Part shown: positions 34,678 through 48,998 of the stretch, in pieces
Position numbering within the stretch: the stretch's first letter is position 1
Layout of the letters: each line of letters opens with the position of its first letter
Source: the human T2T-CHM13v2.0 reference genome, Homo sapiens
Reading direction: 5' to 3' (one strand)
Length of the DNA stretch: 64,000 nt
Assembly: GCF_009914755.1 (NCBI RefSeq)
Contig: NC_060934.1
Position numbers and translations under genes: made by a program
The notes under the pieces: generated by a model
The model's input: the letters and a program-made list of their open reading frames with translations, nothing else
Told to the model about the DNA's origin: nothing
The model's database searches: none

Positions 34678-35397
34678 TTTTTTAAATTTTTTTATTTTTA
34701 TAATTTCTTTTTATTTTGTTATTATTTTTTATTATACTTTAAGTTCTAGGGTACACATGCACAACGTGCAGGTTTGTTACCTATGTATACATATGCCATG
34801 TTGGTGTGCTGCACCTGTTAACTCGTCATTTACATTAGGTATGTCTCCTAATGCTATCCCTCCCCCTACCCCCCACCCCACGACAGGCCCCAGTATGTGA
34901 TGTTCCCCACCCTGTGTCCAAGTGTTCTCAGTGTTCAATTGCCACCTATGAGTAAGAACATGTGGTGTTTGGTTTTCTGTCCTTGTGACAGTTTGCTCAG
35001 AATGATGGTTTCCAGCTTCATCCATGTCCCTACAAAGTACATGAACTCATCCTTTTTTGTGGCCGCATAGTATTCCATGGTGTATATGTGCCACATTTTC
35101 TTAATCCAGTCTACCACTGATGGACATTTGGGTTGGTTCCAAGTCTTTGCTGTTGTGAATAGTGCCACAATAAACATACGTGTGCATGTGTCTTTATAGC
35201 AGCATGATTTATAATCCTTCAGGTATATACCCAGTAATGGGATGGCTGGGTCAAATGGTATTTCTAATTCTAGATCCTTGAGGAATCGCCACACTGTCTT
35301 CCACAATGGTTGAACTAGTTTACAGTCCCACCAACAGTGTAAAAGTGTTCCTATTTCTCCACATCCTCTCCGGCACCTGTTGTTTCCTGACTTTTTA
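34678..35397 (-). mobile_element. 5'-truncated L1PA (ORF2 C-terminus and 3' UTR)
   Basis: ORF 34935..35468 contains the L1 ORF2p C-terminus ([19 protein letters not shown]...); 14-bp target-site duplication atgatttgattttc. Confidence 0.96.
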
Positions 35398-35429
35398 ATG
35401 ATTTGATTTTCAAAAAATAAATCTATATC

Positions 35430-35720
<291 letters not shown>

Positions 35721-36551
35721 CTACATCCTTTGCAAAGGGCCTCTGGCAAAGGGTAGGCAGAATAATAAAAGAAACTAAAGGAAGGAAAAGAAGGAAAAGC
35801 GAGGAAAGGGAGAGAAAGGGGAGGCAAGGAAGAGAGAAAGCAATCCTAACACCAGAATATTAACAGAAGCCTCCTGAAGTTGACGGTGGCCTTTGTGCTC
35901 TAATGATGATTTTGAGTCTAAATTCATATAAGGTCTGAAATAACTTAATTTTCAAAGTAATGCCATATGTTTCTTAAAAGAATCTCATTTGCTTTAGTTC
36001 TTAAAAAGTAAAGAGTAAAGACATCCTGCCTCTTCCACCCCAATTTTCTCCTGAATAGTATATTAAGAAAATATAACGCTTCCCTTTTCGTTTCCACTCT
36101 CATATGATGGAAAACTGAATTGAGGTGGCAAATTCTACATCTCTGTGACTGCCTTCATTTCCACCAAGCTCTCTGTTGTCTAGCCATAAAAGGGGCAGAG
36201 AAGGTACAGGAAATAACACGCATATTCTGAGATGAAGAGAAAAAAAATCACCTCCTCTCGACGGAAGTGGAAAGCAGTTTCCTGTTAACTTTTATCACCA
36301 AGACGACAGCCTGGAAAACCCCGTGAGCTCCGGGCCTGTCATATCATTGTTCTGTTAGGGGAGGGTATGGAGCTCATCCTGAGCTTTCCCTCCCTGCCAG
36401 GGAACGGCTGAGTCAAAAACGCCTGCAGAGAAACAGAGCTCAGACCTCTCCACCCGCACGCCCAGAGAGGCATGGTGCACACCGGTGGCACCAGGGACAA
36501 GAGCCTCCTGGGAAGATGGGGAGGGCTGAGGGTTTGGATTCAAAGTCAAAA

Positions 36552-36833
36552 TTTTTTTTTCTTTTTTTTCTTTTTGAGATGGGGTCTTGCTCTGTCACTC
36601 AGGCTGGAGTGCAGTGTGCAACCACAGTTCACTGCAGCCTCGACCTCCTGGGATCAAGTGACCTGTCTGTCTAAGCCTCCCAGATAGCTGGGACTACAGA
36701 TATAAGCCACCATGCTGACTAATTTTTTATTTTCTGTCGAGATGGGGTCTCACTATGTTGCCCAGGCTGGTCTTGAACTCCTGAGCTCAAGTAATTATCC
36801 TACCCTGACCTCCCAAAGTACTCAGGTTACAGG
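36552..36833 (-). mobile_element. Alu (AluJ-like)
   Basis: Reverse Alu consensus. Confidence 0.9.
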
Positions 36834-36905
36834 CCAGCCTCTTCTTCTTTTTTTTTTTTAATCCAGTTTTTGGCTGGGCATAGTTTTTGGCCGGGCATAG
36901 TTTTT

Positions 36906-36985
36906 GGCCGGGCATGCCTGTAATCCCAGCACTTTGGGAGGCCGAGGCAGGCAGATCTGTCTCAAAAAAAAAGAAAAAAAAAAAA
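36906..36985 (+). mobile_element. Internally deleted mini-Alu (head joined to tail)
   Basis: ggccgggcatgcctgtaatcccagcactttgggaggccgaggcaggcagatc|tgtctc-polyA. Confidence 0.85.
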
Positions 36986-37132
36986 GTGGCTTCTTTTTCT
37001 GATTTTCAGGAGAGCCTCAGCAGTAGGTGGCAATGTTGCATTTCCTTAACTACCAGCATGGAGCAGGGAGTGCTTCCAGGGTTCACAAAGAACATTCCAG
37101 GTCTCTGGGTAACCAGGGAAATAAATGAAGGC

Positions 37133-37667
37133 TATGTCTCGGATTCAGAGGGTCTGCATGGACAGTTCCGAGTCTGGCTGTGTATTGACCATGGCTTTAT
37201 GATGCTTGGATGTCTGTGACCTTGCTGGGCCTGGAGGGACTGCTGGTGCCAGGGTTAGCCAATTTCCAGACCCCAAGACTTCCACATGTCACCATGGATC
37301 CAGGGTCCACCCCTCCCACCACCTCTCGGCTCTCACACCCAGGGCCACTATTTCCCTGCCCTCACCACCCTAGGGACACGTACCAGACAACTAGGGGGCA
37401 GCCCCCATGCTGCAGAGCCCGCTGAAATTATTTAAACTAGCCAATCCCAAGCCTGCTCTCCCAGCCTTGCCCGTTCCTCCCCAAAGAAACCACAAAAAAT
37501 GCTCTTGCCCAATTGTTTCCCGGCTCCCCAATGCCTCCCACATGGCCCTGCGTGGCATGGTGTGGCCCCTTTTCCCAGGAACTGAGTGACAATCTTTTCA
37601 ATGTCTGTCCTCTCCTCATCTGCTGGCCTCACCACAGCTGAATCATAATCAGACCTACATTTTAAAC
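37133..37667 (+). mobile_element. ERVL LTR (MER74A-like)
   Basis: gagcccgctgaaattatttaaactagccaatcc; ggcctcaccac..cctacattttaaa end. Confidence 0.72.
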
Positions 37668-38652
37668 GGGTTTTGGGGGCACACTTAGCAGGACTGAATC
37701 TTAGGGCATCTATTTGAGTCTAAAGGAACACTCTAGATGGAGCGCAGACCTTGCTAAGAGGTTTCCTGACTCCACAAGCAACAGCCCACCCAAACTAGCT
37801 CAGATGATCCCGACCCGAGAATATTTTATCAGAGAGTCTGAAGGAGAACGAAATAGGTGCTCTGTGTTTATGTGTTTGAGCTTATTAAATATTAAACAGC
37901 CTCTAAAGCCTCGGGGAGTCCCGTCCCCTTCTTTGACAAGTGAAAGCCTCTGGTTGCAATAGACTGAACACTGCCTAGTCAGATGGCAAGGGCCCAGCCA
38001 GATGACATCAGCCAGGTCTCCTCCTCCATTCTCCCTGCTCTCCCTTTCCCTTCCCCATCCAGCCCTGGGCACTTGGGAATCACTGAATATTTACAGCAAG
38101 TGTTAATTAAATGGACCAGTGATTTCATTTTGTAATGAACACAAATGTCACATTTAAAATGCCTACTCTTGGTGGCAAATAAGAGCCATGATAATGAAAG
38201 CAATAAGCTGTGAGTTTCTGCAGCCAAGCCTCTGATGCTTAGAATCTCAATGCCTCTAAAATCTTAACTGGGACACCTAGCTGAAATATAGCAAGTTCTG
38301 GTTAGCAGGAACCTCATTTTAGATCCATGCCATCATTGTTATTGCGAGTGACAGGAAGTAGCAGCTGCTGTCTCCATCAGCCAGGGAAGATACCAAGAAT
38401 CCGGCCTGTGGACTTGGCTGTAAAATCCTTCCTCCCCGATCGGACTTCTCCTCTCTTATTTTTTTGCTGCTTGCTTCAGTTTATTGTCTGTGAAACTCAA
38501 ATTCTGAAGAGGCAAATCTAATCTCTGTTTATTTTCTTACAAGGAGTTGAGATGATCAGAACTACAGGACACTTGGTAGAAGAAAATGTAATTAAAGAAT
38601 AATCCAGACATGTAGGCTTCATTCTGAGCACAAAGTTGTGCCTATGAAAAGA

Positions 38653-38653
<1 letters not shown>

Positions 38654-38685
<32 letters not shown>
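38654..38685. repeat. (CA)n microsatellite
   Basis: Direct observation. Confidence 0.97.
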
Positions 38686-38687
<2 letters not shown>

Positions 38688-38863
38688 ACGCAGACTTCCT
38701 TGGGTTGTGTATATTTTCCTTATATTTTTTTCTTGACCTATTTCTAAAGCTTGCCTGGTGAACAATATCAGAGAGACATTGTTCCCAAGCCTTATAGCAC
38801 TAAACAGTGGTTTGCAGTTCAAGGTGCTCTTGGTCATATATTGACCGCTGCTGGCTGCTTATA

Positions 38864-38864
<1 letters not shown>

Positions 38865-38897
<33 letters not shown>
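38865..38897. repeat. (TG)n microsatellite
   Basis: Direct observation. Confidence 0.97.
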
Positions 38898-38898
<1 letters not shown>

Positions 38899-38919
38899 GT
38901 GTGGTGAGGGGAGTGGGAA

Positions 38920-39760
38920 GAGGTGAGGCTGGACAGTTAAGCAGAAGTCACATCATGCAAGTCACACTAAAGATGTCCTTTTCTGAGGATAATGGGAAGC
39001 TGGAAAAAAATTATGAGCAAGGATCAGATGAGAATTCTAGAAAGATGCTCAGTGTCTTCATATAGGGGAGTTTGGAAGGGGTCAAGGCCAGACGCAGAGA
39101 TGAACAAGGAGATCTTGAGTCCAGGAGAGGTTTATGGAAGCCCTAATTACTATTAGGCTGTGTATGGAGAGTAAGAGATGGATAGGGGGCTGTTTAAGAT
39201 GCAGGAATAACAGCGAGTAGTGACTGAGGGAACAGGAGGAGGCAAGCGGGAGGGAGCGGTGAGGTCCAAGGTTGACTCCCAAGTCTCTGGTTTTGGGGGC
39301 TGCAGGGGTGATGGTGCCCATCACAAAGACAAGGAGGTGACAACGAAAGGGGAGCACATTTGGATGCAGAAAGACGACGACATCATTAGATTCCAGCTGC
39401 ATCTGTGAGGAAATGCCAGTCAGTGGAGATGGCCTGGAGCTCGGGAGAGAGGTCAGGACTGGGGCAGAGGACGGAGAGTCTCCAGCAAAGAGACTGCAGT
39501 GGCAGCTGTGGATGGGGGTGAAATCACACCAGGGGAAGGTGCAGGGAGAGAAGACAAGCAAGACACGACCTCGTGGACACCAGGGCTCAAGGGACAGCAG
39601 AGCAGAGCAGGGAACCTGCCCCGAGCCAGGGACAGAGGGGACAAAGAGGAGGTGGCCCAGGAGAGTGTAGTGCCACAGAGCCGGGGGAACTGAAAGGGAG
39701 CATGTTCGAATGAGCCCAGAGCCACAGAAGCCACATGGGAGCAGGGCAGAAGCACGCCTG
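38920..39760 (-). mobile_element. L2 fragment
   Basis: aggttgactcccaagtctctggttt and gagaggtcaggactggggc..gagtctccagc resemble reverse L2; boundaries approximate. Confidence 0.6.
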
Positions 39761-41123
39761 TGGAGCTAGGGGCGAGAGACCTCCAGTGACCAGGGGGTAC
39801 GATGGCACCAGAAGCTGGACGACCACAGAATGAGGAACGAGAGGCCTGTGGGGAGGGGGTGACAGCAAGTGCAGACCCATCTCTCGGCGGTTGCTGTGAG
39901 CAGAGCAGAAGGGGTAGCAGAGGGCACTGGCTGGAGGAGGCTGTGCATCACAGAGGACGTTTTCTTCAGTTAGATTGGGACGTGGTCACAAAGGGGAGGA
40001 ATCCATGGAGGAGAAGATAGAGAAAAAGAAAGGAAAGGCTCGAGGGAGAAGCTCTGTGAGGTGACAAAAGGGGCTGGGATTGAGGTACACGTGGATCAGT
40101 GCGTGCTGGATGATGGGCTAAGGGTCTTCCTCTGAGACGCTCATGCATTTGCGTGTGTGCAGTGAGTGGACTGAGAAGCCACAAAAACACAATTAAAGAT
40201 ACAATTAAGTTTGTGGATAAAGAAGTAGGACTAGGAGCTCCCTGGTGCTGGCTTTTATTTTCTCTGCAGAAACATAAGCAGCAACATCTTCTTAGAGCAA
40301 AAGCCTTGAGTATCTGGGACCTGAAGCAAGAGGTAAAACCACAGTGGGGAACAGAGACCCTGAGCAGGCACCCCTGGCAGAACTGGCTAGAGATATGATG
40401 ATCTGTGTGGGGTTCATCACAATAACCATGAACCAACCTGAAGTTGCATGAACATTTTCCTGAACACACTCAGAAGCTCGGGGGTAGAAATAAAAGGTGT
40501 GTGTGTGTGTGTGTGGCAGGACCAGTCCAACCCTGCGGGTGGGTGTGTGTGTGAGAGAGAGAAAGGGAGAGAGAGAGAAAGTGTGAGCAGCAAAGGGAGG
40601 TGTGGTCCAGGGTCAGGAAGTAGTTGGAAGGGTGCACAATGGATTTGCACTGAATTGGCCAAAAAATAGGACAGGCAGGGCTGATAGGATCTCAGAAGCT
40701 GGAGGAAATGGACGCGAAATTGCCTGAGAACAGGGTTTATCAGTTTTGTTCGCTGCTCTGTCCTTGGCTCCTAGAGCAGTGCTTATGCCAAGGGACATCT
40801 GTGAGCCCATAAATGAAGGCATGGATGATGATGCAGAAACAGCCCAGGAGGAGCAGTGAGCAGGCTGCTGCATGCTACAGCTGGGATGATGGTGGATTTG
40901 GGCTTGTAAGTCTTGGGAGTGACACAGCTCAGGGTGATGACCAGGTGCAAGTGGACCCTGAAGTTTTCTTTCTAGGAGACAGAAAAGCACAGTTCAAAGA
41001 ATACCTTCCGGCGGGTGTCCACAGTGTCAGATAATGCAGAAAATGGCAAGACCTTCTCAAGTGAGACCAACAGCAGATGTCTGAGGTCCTGAAAATTCTT
41101 GCTTTACCATTTGAGATGGCTCT

Positions 41124-41518
41124 TCCTCCTCCAGTGTGGCATTTCCAAGATATCCAGTGTATCCCTTCAGAGTGGCAGCCTGCCAAGACCTGTGACTGTG
41201 ATTGTCCCTGTGCAGGGGCACTCTGCCAGGGGAGCTCTGGGTTGGGTAGTGCTGGAACCAGGCTGGCAGGCCTGGCGGTGGCTCTGTCACTCATGGTGGT
41301 GTGCACCTGTCCTGAACACCATCTTTGCAGGAGGATGCTGGTTCTGCAAACATGGCCAAGCGTGGGTCACAAAGAGGGCTGGGGTCGCCGCATTTGACTT
41401 CGCTGCTCCTGGCCCTGCCTATACAGGGAACAGTGGAGACCTCTGGCCACAGGTCTTGGCAGGCTGCCACACTGAAGGGATACACAGGATCTCTTGGAAA
41501 TGCCACATTGGAGGAGGA
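41124..41518. repeat. Long inverted repeat, 71-bp arms (41124-41194 and 41448-41518), 253-bp spacer
   Basis: Arms are reverse complements at 67/71 positions. Confidence 0.93.
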
Positions 41519-41569
41519 TGTTACTTTTCCCCTGTGGAGACAGACAGCATGCAGTAGGGGAGGACAGAC

Positions 41570-41775
41570 ACAAGGATTGGAGTCAGACCTGACCGAACAG
41601 ATGAGACCTCATCTCGCCTTCGTAACTTATTAGCCATGCTGGGGAAGAATTTATGGACCATCCTGGGCCCCCATCTCCTTCTTTTTAATTCGGAATAATC
41701 AGACCTGCTTCCAGGGTTGCTGCAAAGATTAACAATCAGCCTTAGCAATGGACAGGTGCTGAATAATGGATAGTT
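41570..41775 (+). mobile_element. MIR fragment
   Basis: ttggagtcagacctg...ctgggcccccatctcc...cagggttgctgcaaagattaa. Confidence 0.55.
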
Positions 41776-42242
41776 CCCGCCTCTCCAGTCTTTATCCTTT
41801 TTGGGTAATTATTAAGACCCTGAAGCCACCTGGGATCATTCCTGGTGATTTGCTGGTTGAAAAACTGGATGGACCAGGCCCCTCTTAGGCTGAATGATGG
41901 GTCAATGAAGGCAGGATCTGAGTCCTCCCTTCCACTGTCCCCAAAACCTCCTGCAGCCTGATACTTGCCTCAGGGCCTCTGCAGAGGAAATGCTTATAGA
42001 GGAGATGCTATCTGGCTTCGTGGATGGAGAGGGGTTCTGAGTTCCAATTCATGTTATTTAATATATTTGGGTCTTATATTTTCCTAATCTGTTGAATGGA
42101 GGTGATGATTCTGCCTGGTGTTTTGCATATGTATTATATCAGAAGAATATATAAATCCCAAATAATAGCCCAACCTGGGTTACTCAGCCATGCAGTGTTA
42201 GTACCTCCATTCTCTGACTTTCTAAAATGTACCTTCAGGTAG

Positions 42243-42562
<320 letters not shown>

Positions 42563-43247
42563 TACCATGGCCCTCTTTTATCAGGTGGCTCGATTCTGCT
42601 TTGCCAACAAAGGCTACCTAGACATGTGGTATGTAGATGTAATATATAGACATTTACACCAAAGGAGAAAGGATTTGAGGAATCTGGGAGTCAGGCTGCG
42701 TCAAGATATGCAGGTACCATGGCTGGAGTGGGGAGGCTGCTCAGAGCCCAACCGTGCTTCTGTTTAGAAACACACTGGAAAGGTACCCAGCTGGACAGAA
42801 GTTCTTTTATGGACTCAAGCCTATTTCAAGTTCTGGGCTTTTGATGAAGATGATTCTCTTACCACTCCTTTGGAGAAAACTGCCTGTGAGCATCCCTAGG
42901 CAGATGTCAGGTTATAAATAGAGGATTCTTCCCAGGATGAAAAGCAAGGTAAAGAGACGGAATTCACCTATATAGAGAATCTGCCTCCTCTCTTAGAGAA
43001 AACAAATGATTGGTGTTTTGTTACTGCACTTCTTGGCCAGCTAAGAAGTGGGAACTCAGGGTAGTGAGGGTGCTGGGATCCTCTGTGGCTGGGACCCTGG
43101 TGATGAGCCCCACCCCACCCTTGGAGGCTGCTTCAATAGGTCGACTGACTGGTGAGGGCCTGAGTTCAGGTAATAAGGAGGAGAGGGCAGTACAGAGGGA
43201 GATTTTGGAAGCAGCAGCAGAGAATTAATGCACATAAAAATTCTAGG

Positions 43248-43544
<297 letters not shown>

Positions 43545-45596
43545 TCAAGATGTGTAGCCTATGTGACTGAGTGGATGACGATGCCACAGACTTGATGGGA
43601 CCATGGAAGGTCAAGGGAGGAGAGAGAAGATAATAAATTTGGCTTTGGACCTGCTGAGTTTGAAGTACTCAGGTGGGGCTCTGCAGGAAACAAGTGGAAT
43701 GTGACACTTCCAGAAAGATCTGCTTCCATAGGAGCTGGAGAAGGAGCACATTCTGCCAGATGGCGTGTATAAAGACATAGTGGAGAATGGCTGTCCCTAA
43801 ATGCGGATTTGGAAATTCTTCTCTCTAAGGAGTGTTCTTTGAGGTTCTTGCTTTGGCCGACCATCAATGGTGATGGTGGAAGTGTCTATTATGGCTACGG
43901 ATCAGAAGTGGATGTTACATCTGGGTCTTCAGTCATCCCATTCCCCAATTCTCTCTATTGCTAGCACCTATTTAACCTCTGCAATGCTAGGTTACCTGCT
44001 TTTATGCATAGAAGACAGGCTTGCAGTGATTTGGAAAGATCTGTGTATCTTAGAGACTGACACTTCCACCACCAACGTCAAGGTGCCCCAAGCTCTCCTG
44101 CAAGGACGTCCACAAATAATTCAGACACTTGGAAAAAACACCTACTAGGCAGCCAAGCCCAGGATTTTCTCCTCTTGGCTAATGTTGGTGAACATCACCA
44201 GGGAGGTGGGGAGAGCCTGATATATGGTAAATGCACTCATCCACCTGCGATGACAGGTTAATGACCTGCTTCCATGCAACTGGAGTCCTGCCTGATACCA
44301 CCTGCCCCTCCCAGAGGAATTGTTACTATTTGCTTTATATGGTTGCTTTGCCATAAATCTGAGAAACTGTATACACCATTAAAGAGAATATGGCATTGAA
44401 ATCATCCCCATCAGTAATGGAAATAGCTAAGATGAGCTTGGATATGTTCACAGCTGTTAAACAAATCAAAAACGCATTAAGCGCAAGTTGAAATTTACTC
44501 TGCCAGCTGAGGAAAAGTCATACACTCGAGCCTGTTAAGTGGACCCTTTAACTCTTGTTTGAAGCCCTTCTAATGCCTTGTGTGGCTTAAGGATGCCTAT
44601 GTCTGGAACTGCATTCCTGATCATGCTCTTTAGGAATGACAGAATTGCATATCATTTGTATCTCGCTCCTGAATTTCTGTTAGTATATTTCAAAGAACAG
44701 AGTTGTATGGCATGGGTGTAAGTGTTAGTGTCCATGTAAAGACTGAGGCATCAGCACTTAATGCTTCTGTAATTGTGTTGCAATCAAGGTTCTGGACAGA
44801 AAGAACCTGGTGCCTCCATAGACTGGGTGTTTCGGAGCTGCTGGACTGGGGGCTCAGATTCTGACTTTGCCACCAATTCAGACTTTGCCCCTGAACCCCT
44901 GACCTGCCCAGCCTCTGGCTTCTCACAACCTTTTGCAAACGGAAGTGGTAAGTCCTGTTGTCTTCATAAGACAGCTGCAAATATTAACTATTTAAATCAC
45001 TATAGCCCACAAATCGTTCCCTTTGCAAGCACAAAACAAAATTTCTTAGACTAGATTTCTGAACAGAAAAATGCCTATTGTTTCTGAAATGTTATTAAGC
45101 TGTATCCTCCCTTGGCAGGAAATGCAGATGGGCCTGTGGTTTGCTGCTGGGTTTCGACCACTCCTATTTGGGATAAACTACCCAGGTTTCACGAGATTCA
45201 AGTGGCATCCCCTCTAAAAGGAAAGAATACAAAGGCTTTTGTTATGTAGTTTCAAATTGCCCCCAGAAAAGAATCCCACGGCCTGTGCTATAAGATACTC
45301 ATTGTTTGAGATATGTGACCCTCCCCAAAAGTGCAGAAAAAAGTTTTTCTCATCATTCCACACAAGCATCCTAGTGCAAATGCATAATACACACATCCTT
45401 GCACACTCACAGGCACACCCTGCACCCTCGCACCCCGCCTTTCCATCTATGAGGCATGCAGCTCTACTACAACCTTTATCCCTGGCAATGAACCAAGACA
45501 AACTTGAGCTCTCTTTCCTTGGAATCACTCTGCCCTCCCAGACTTCCCTGATAAAGAACACAAAGAAGCAAAAGTATAGACACCAGGTGTACATAC

Positions 45597-45689
45597 CTGA
45601 CACAAAAGTATAAAACCACGGGTCCTGACTTTTTAGGGAAGTCATGTTCCAATACTCTTCGATCTAGCTGAAGCCAGTTTAAGTGTCCC
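45597..45689 (-). CDS. FRMD4A: FRMD4A coding exon (probably exon 5), 93 nt, (T)GHLNWLQLDRRVLEHDFPKKSGPVVLYFCV+AG
   Basis: Minus strand: ctattttcttcag|GGGACAC...TGTCAG|gtatgt; phase 2 to 2; peptide visible in ORF 45476..45727. Confidence 0.97.
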
Positions 45690-45807
45690 CTGAAGAAAAT
45701 AGAGGCAAATTGGTTAGGGGTTTGCATTTTGCAGAAGTTTTTTTGGGGTTGAAGGTATATATGAAGCAGAACGTGCTGGATCGTAGATAAATTTGAACCT
45801 TCACCTT

Positions 45808-46136
<329 letters not shown>

Positions 46137-47229
46137 TAGCTTTTCAGTATTGAAGAACCCAGTGGGATTAGGTAGGGGATACCGAGTCAGCAGTGGATAC
46201 TGTGTGGTGTGAGGGGAAGAATAGGAACTGGAAAGTGAAGGGATTGAGACCTGCTGTTTCCCAGGGAAACACTGAAACGAAAATGTAATCAGAACTCTCC
46301 TTCTTGTCCTGAACCGCCTTTCCACCACACTCCCAGGTGCCTTTTTTCCTGAAGGACTGAAAGCACACTTGAAAACATGTTAGCAATCCTCACGACATCT
46401 TGCTGGAGTGAAAAGCAAATCACACACAGTGTCTGAAAACGTTAAACTTACCGCCAGGGGCAGTGGCTCATGCCTTTAATCCCAGCACTTTGGAAGGCTG
46501 AGGCAAGAGATCCTCAGAGGGGAACCACTTTCCAGGCAGAAAGACCAGCCCGTGCAAAGGCCCCGGGGTGAGGGAGGACCCCAGCGTCTTAGTGTCCTGT
46601 GAGTGGAAAGCCATGAGGCTAGGGAGAGCCCTGGGGGCCATGTCTCGGAGGCTGGTCTTGGAAGAGTGGGGCAAAGCCATGGAACAACCAAGCTGAAGAA
46701 TCCTCTCTTTCCTTTCCCTCCTCTCTGTATCCAATGTCAGCCCATCATCCTGGAGAAGACAGTCCTATAATCACTTTATGGAGTAAAGTCACATGGAACA
46801 GACCCAACTGACCCCACTGCATTTCCCCCGTAGCTAATGCTGTGTGGCATGTGTGCAAGACTGTGGATAATGAGAAACAAAATCTGTCTGCATCATTGTC
46901 TAAAAACGCTTGTTCCTCTCAGCACATGCTTAAACCTCCAACAAAGGAAAGAGAGAAAACACACAAGTGACTTCCAACCCCTTTTTGAGGCTTCACTCAA
47001 ACTGCACCTTTCGCACAAGAAAAAAAAAAAAAAATCCCCCTCCACAAAGCCCATACCTGTGGCTATACGGAAGACTTTTGGATCTGCCTTAGAATAGTGA
47101 CCACCTGAAGAACTTTGGCCTGTTTTTCCTCTTTCTAAGAATCTCCAGTTGGATAAAAAAATTCCATTAACTTTATCTTTTTATTACCTTGCTCTGAATA
47201 TAGGAAAAGTAAAAAAAAAATAATGAAAG

Positions 47230-47918
<689 letters not shown>

Positions 47919-48261
47919 TCAGGAAACAGAAGGCCTGGGTGCCAATGTCATCTCTGCCCATGCCTGATAATGCCCCACAGGTTCCATGATATTTCAAACT
48001 TCTGTTCCTTAGCTCATGCTGTTCCTTCGTCCCAGTAGGCCCTTCCCTTCCTTCTTCCCCAGTGAGGTCCGGCCCATCCCGCAGGACTCAGCTCTCACGT
48101 CTCCGCTCCAGAAAGTCTTCCCACACCACACACCGGGTGGGATGGGGGGGTCCTCCTCCGACCCTTACAGCACCCACCCTAGGGGCTCACCCATTTCTGC
48201 ACTTCCCAGTCTACAGAACTTGCTCTCTATGCATTCATTTTCCCCAGCTGACTTTTTAAAA

Positions 48262-48556
48262 TTTATTTTTATTTTTTAGATGGAGTCTTGCTCTGTTGCC
48301 CAGGCTGGAGTGCAGTGGTGTGATCTAGTCTCATTGCAACCTCCGCCCTCCGGGTTCAAGTAATTCTCCTGCCTCAGCCTCCTGAGTAGCTGGGACTACA
48401 GGCGCAGGCCGCCATGCCCAGCTATTTTTTTGTATTTTAGTAGAGACAGGGTTTCACCGTGTTGCCCAGGCTGGTCACAAACTCCTGAACTCAGGCAATC
48501 CACCTGCCTCGGCCTCCCAAAGTCCTGGGATGACAGAGGTGAATGACTGTGCCCAG
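48262..48556 (-). mobile_element. Alu
   Basis: Reverse Alu consensus. Confidence 0.92.
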
Positions 48557-48998
48557 CACCAGTTGACTTTCTATATCTGGAAAATGCCACGAGATCTACC
48601 TCATGAGGAGAAAGTGTGCATGTCTGGTCAACTGGAAGGTGTCAGACAAATTATCTTAAGCTGCAACCACTTCCTTCCTGCCTCTGAAAATGCCCCCAAC
48701 TCTGTGGGTCTTCTCTTGGGGCTCAGCCTCCTGCGAGTACACCATGTGTATGGCATGCGCCTGGCCTTCACTCATGCTGCCTCTCCTCCTTGGAACTGGA
48801 GAACTGTCTCTCCATCCCTTTATCTGAATGTTTAGCCATTGTGCAAGGCTGAGTTCAAGTCTTACTTTCAGTGAAGTCTTCCTTGATTGCCTAAGTCTGG
48901 GGTTTCTTTCAAACTTCTCCAGGGCTTCTGGTGTGTGTCATCTTCAAGGCATTTGGCATAATCTTGTACAATTAGTTATTTTTAAAAAATATGACCTA

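Noticed and set aside
40929-41633. Overlapping ORFs on both strands sharing HRSWQAATLKGYTG
   Set aside because: By-product of the inverted repeat, not duplicated coding exons
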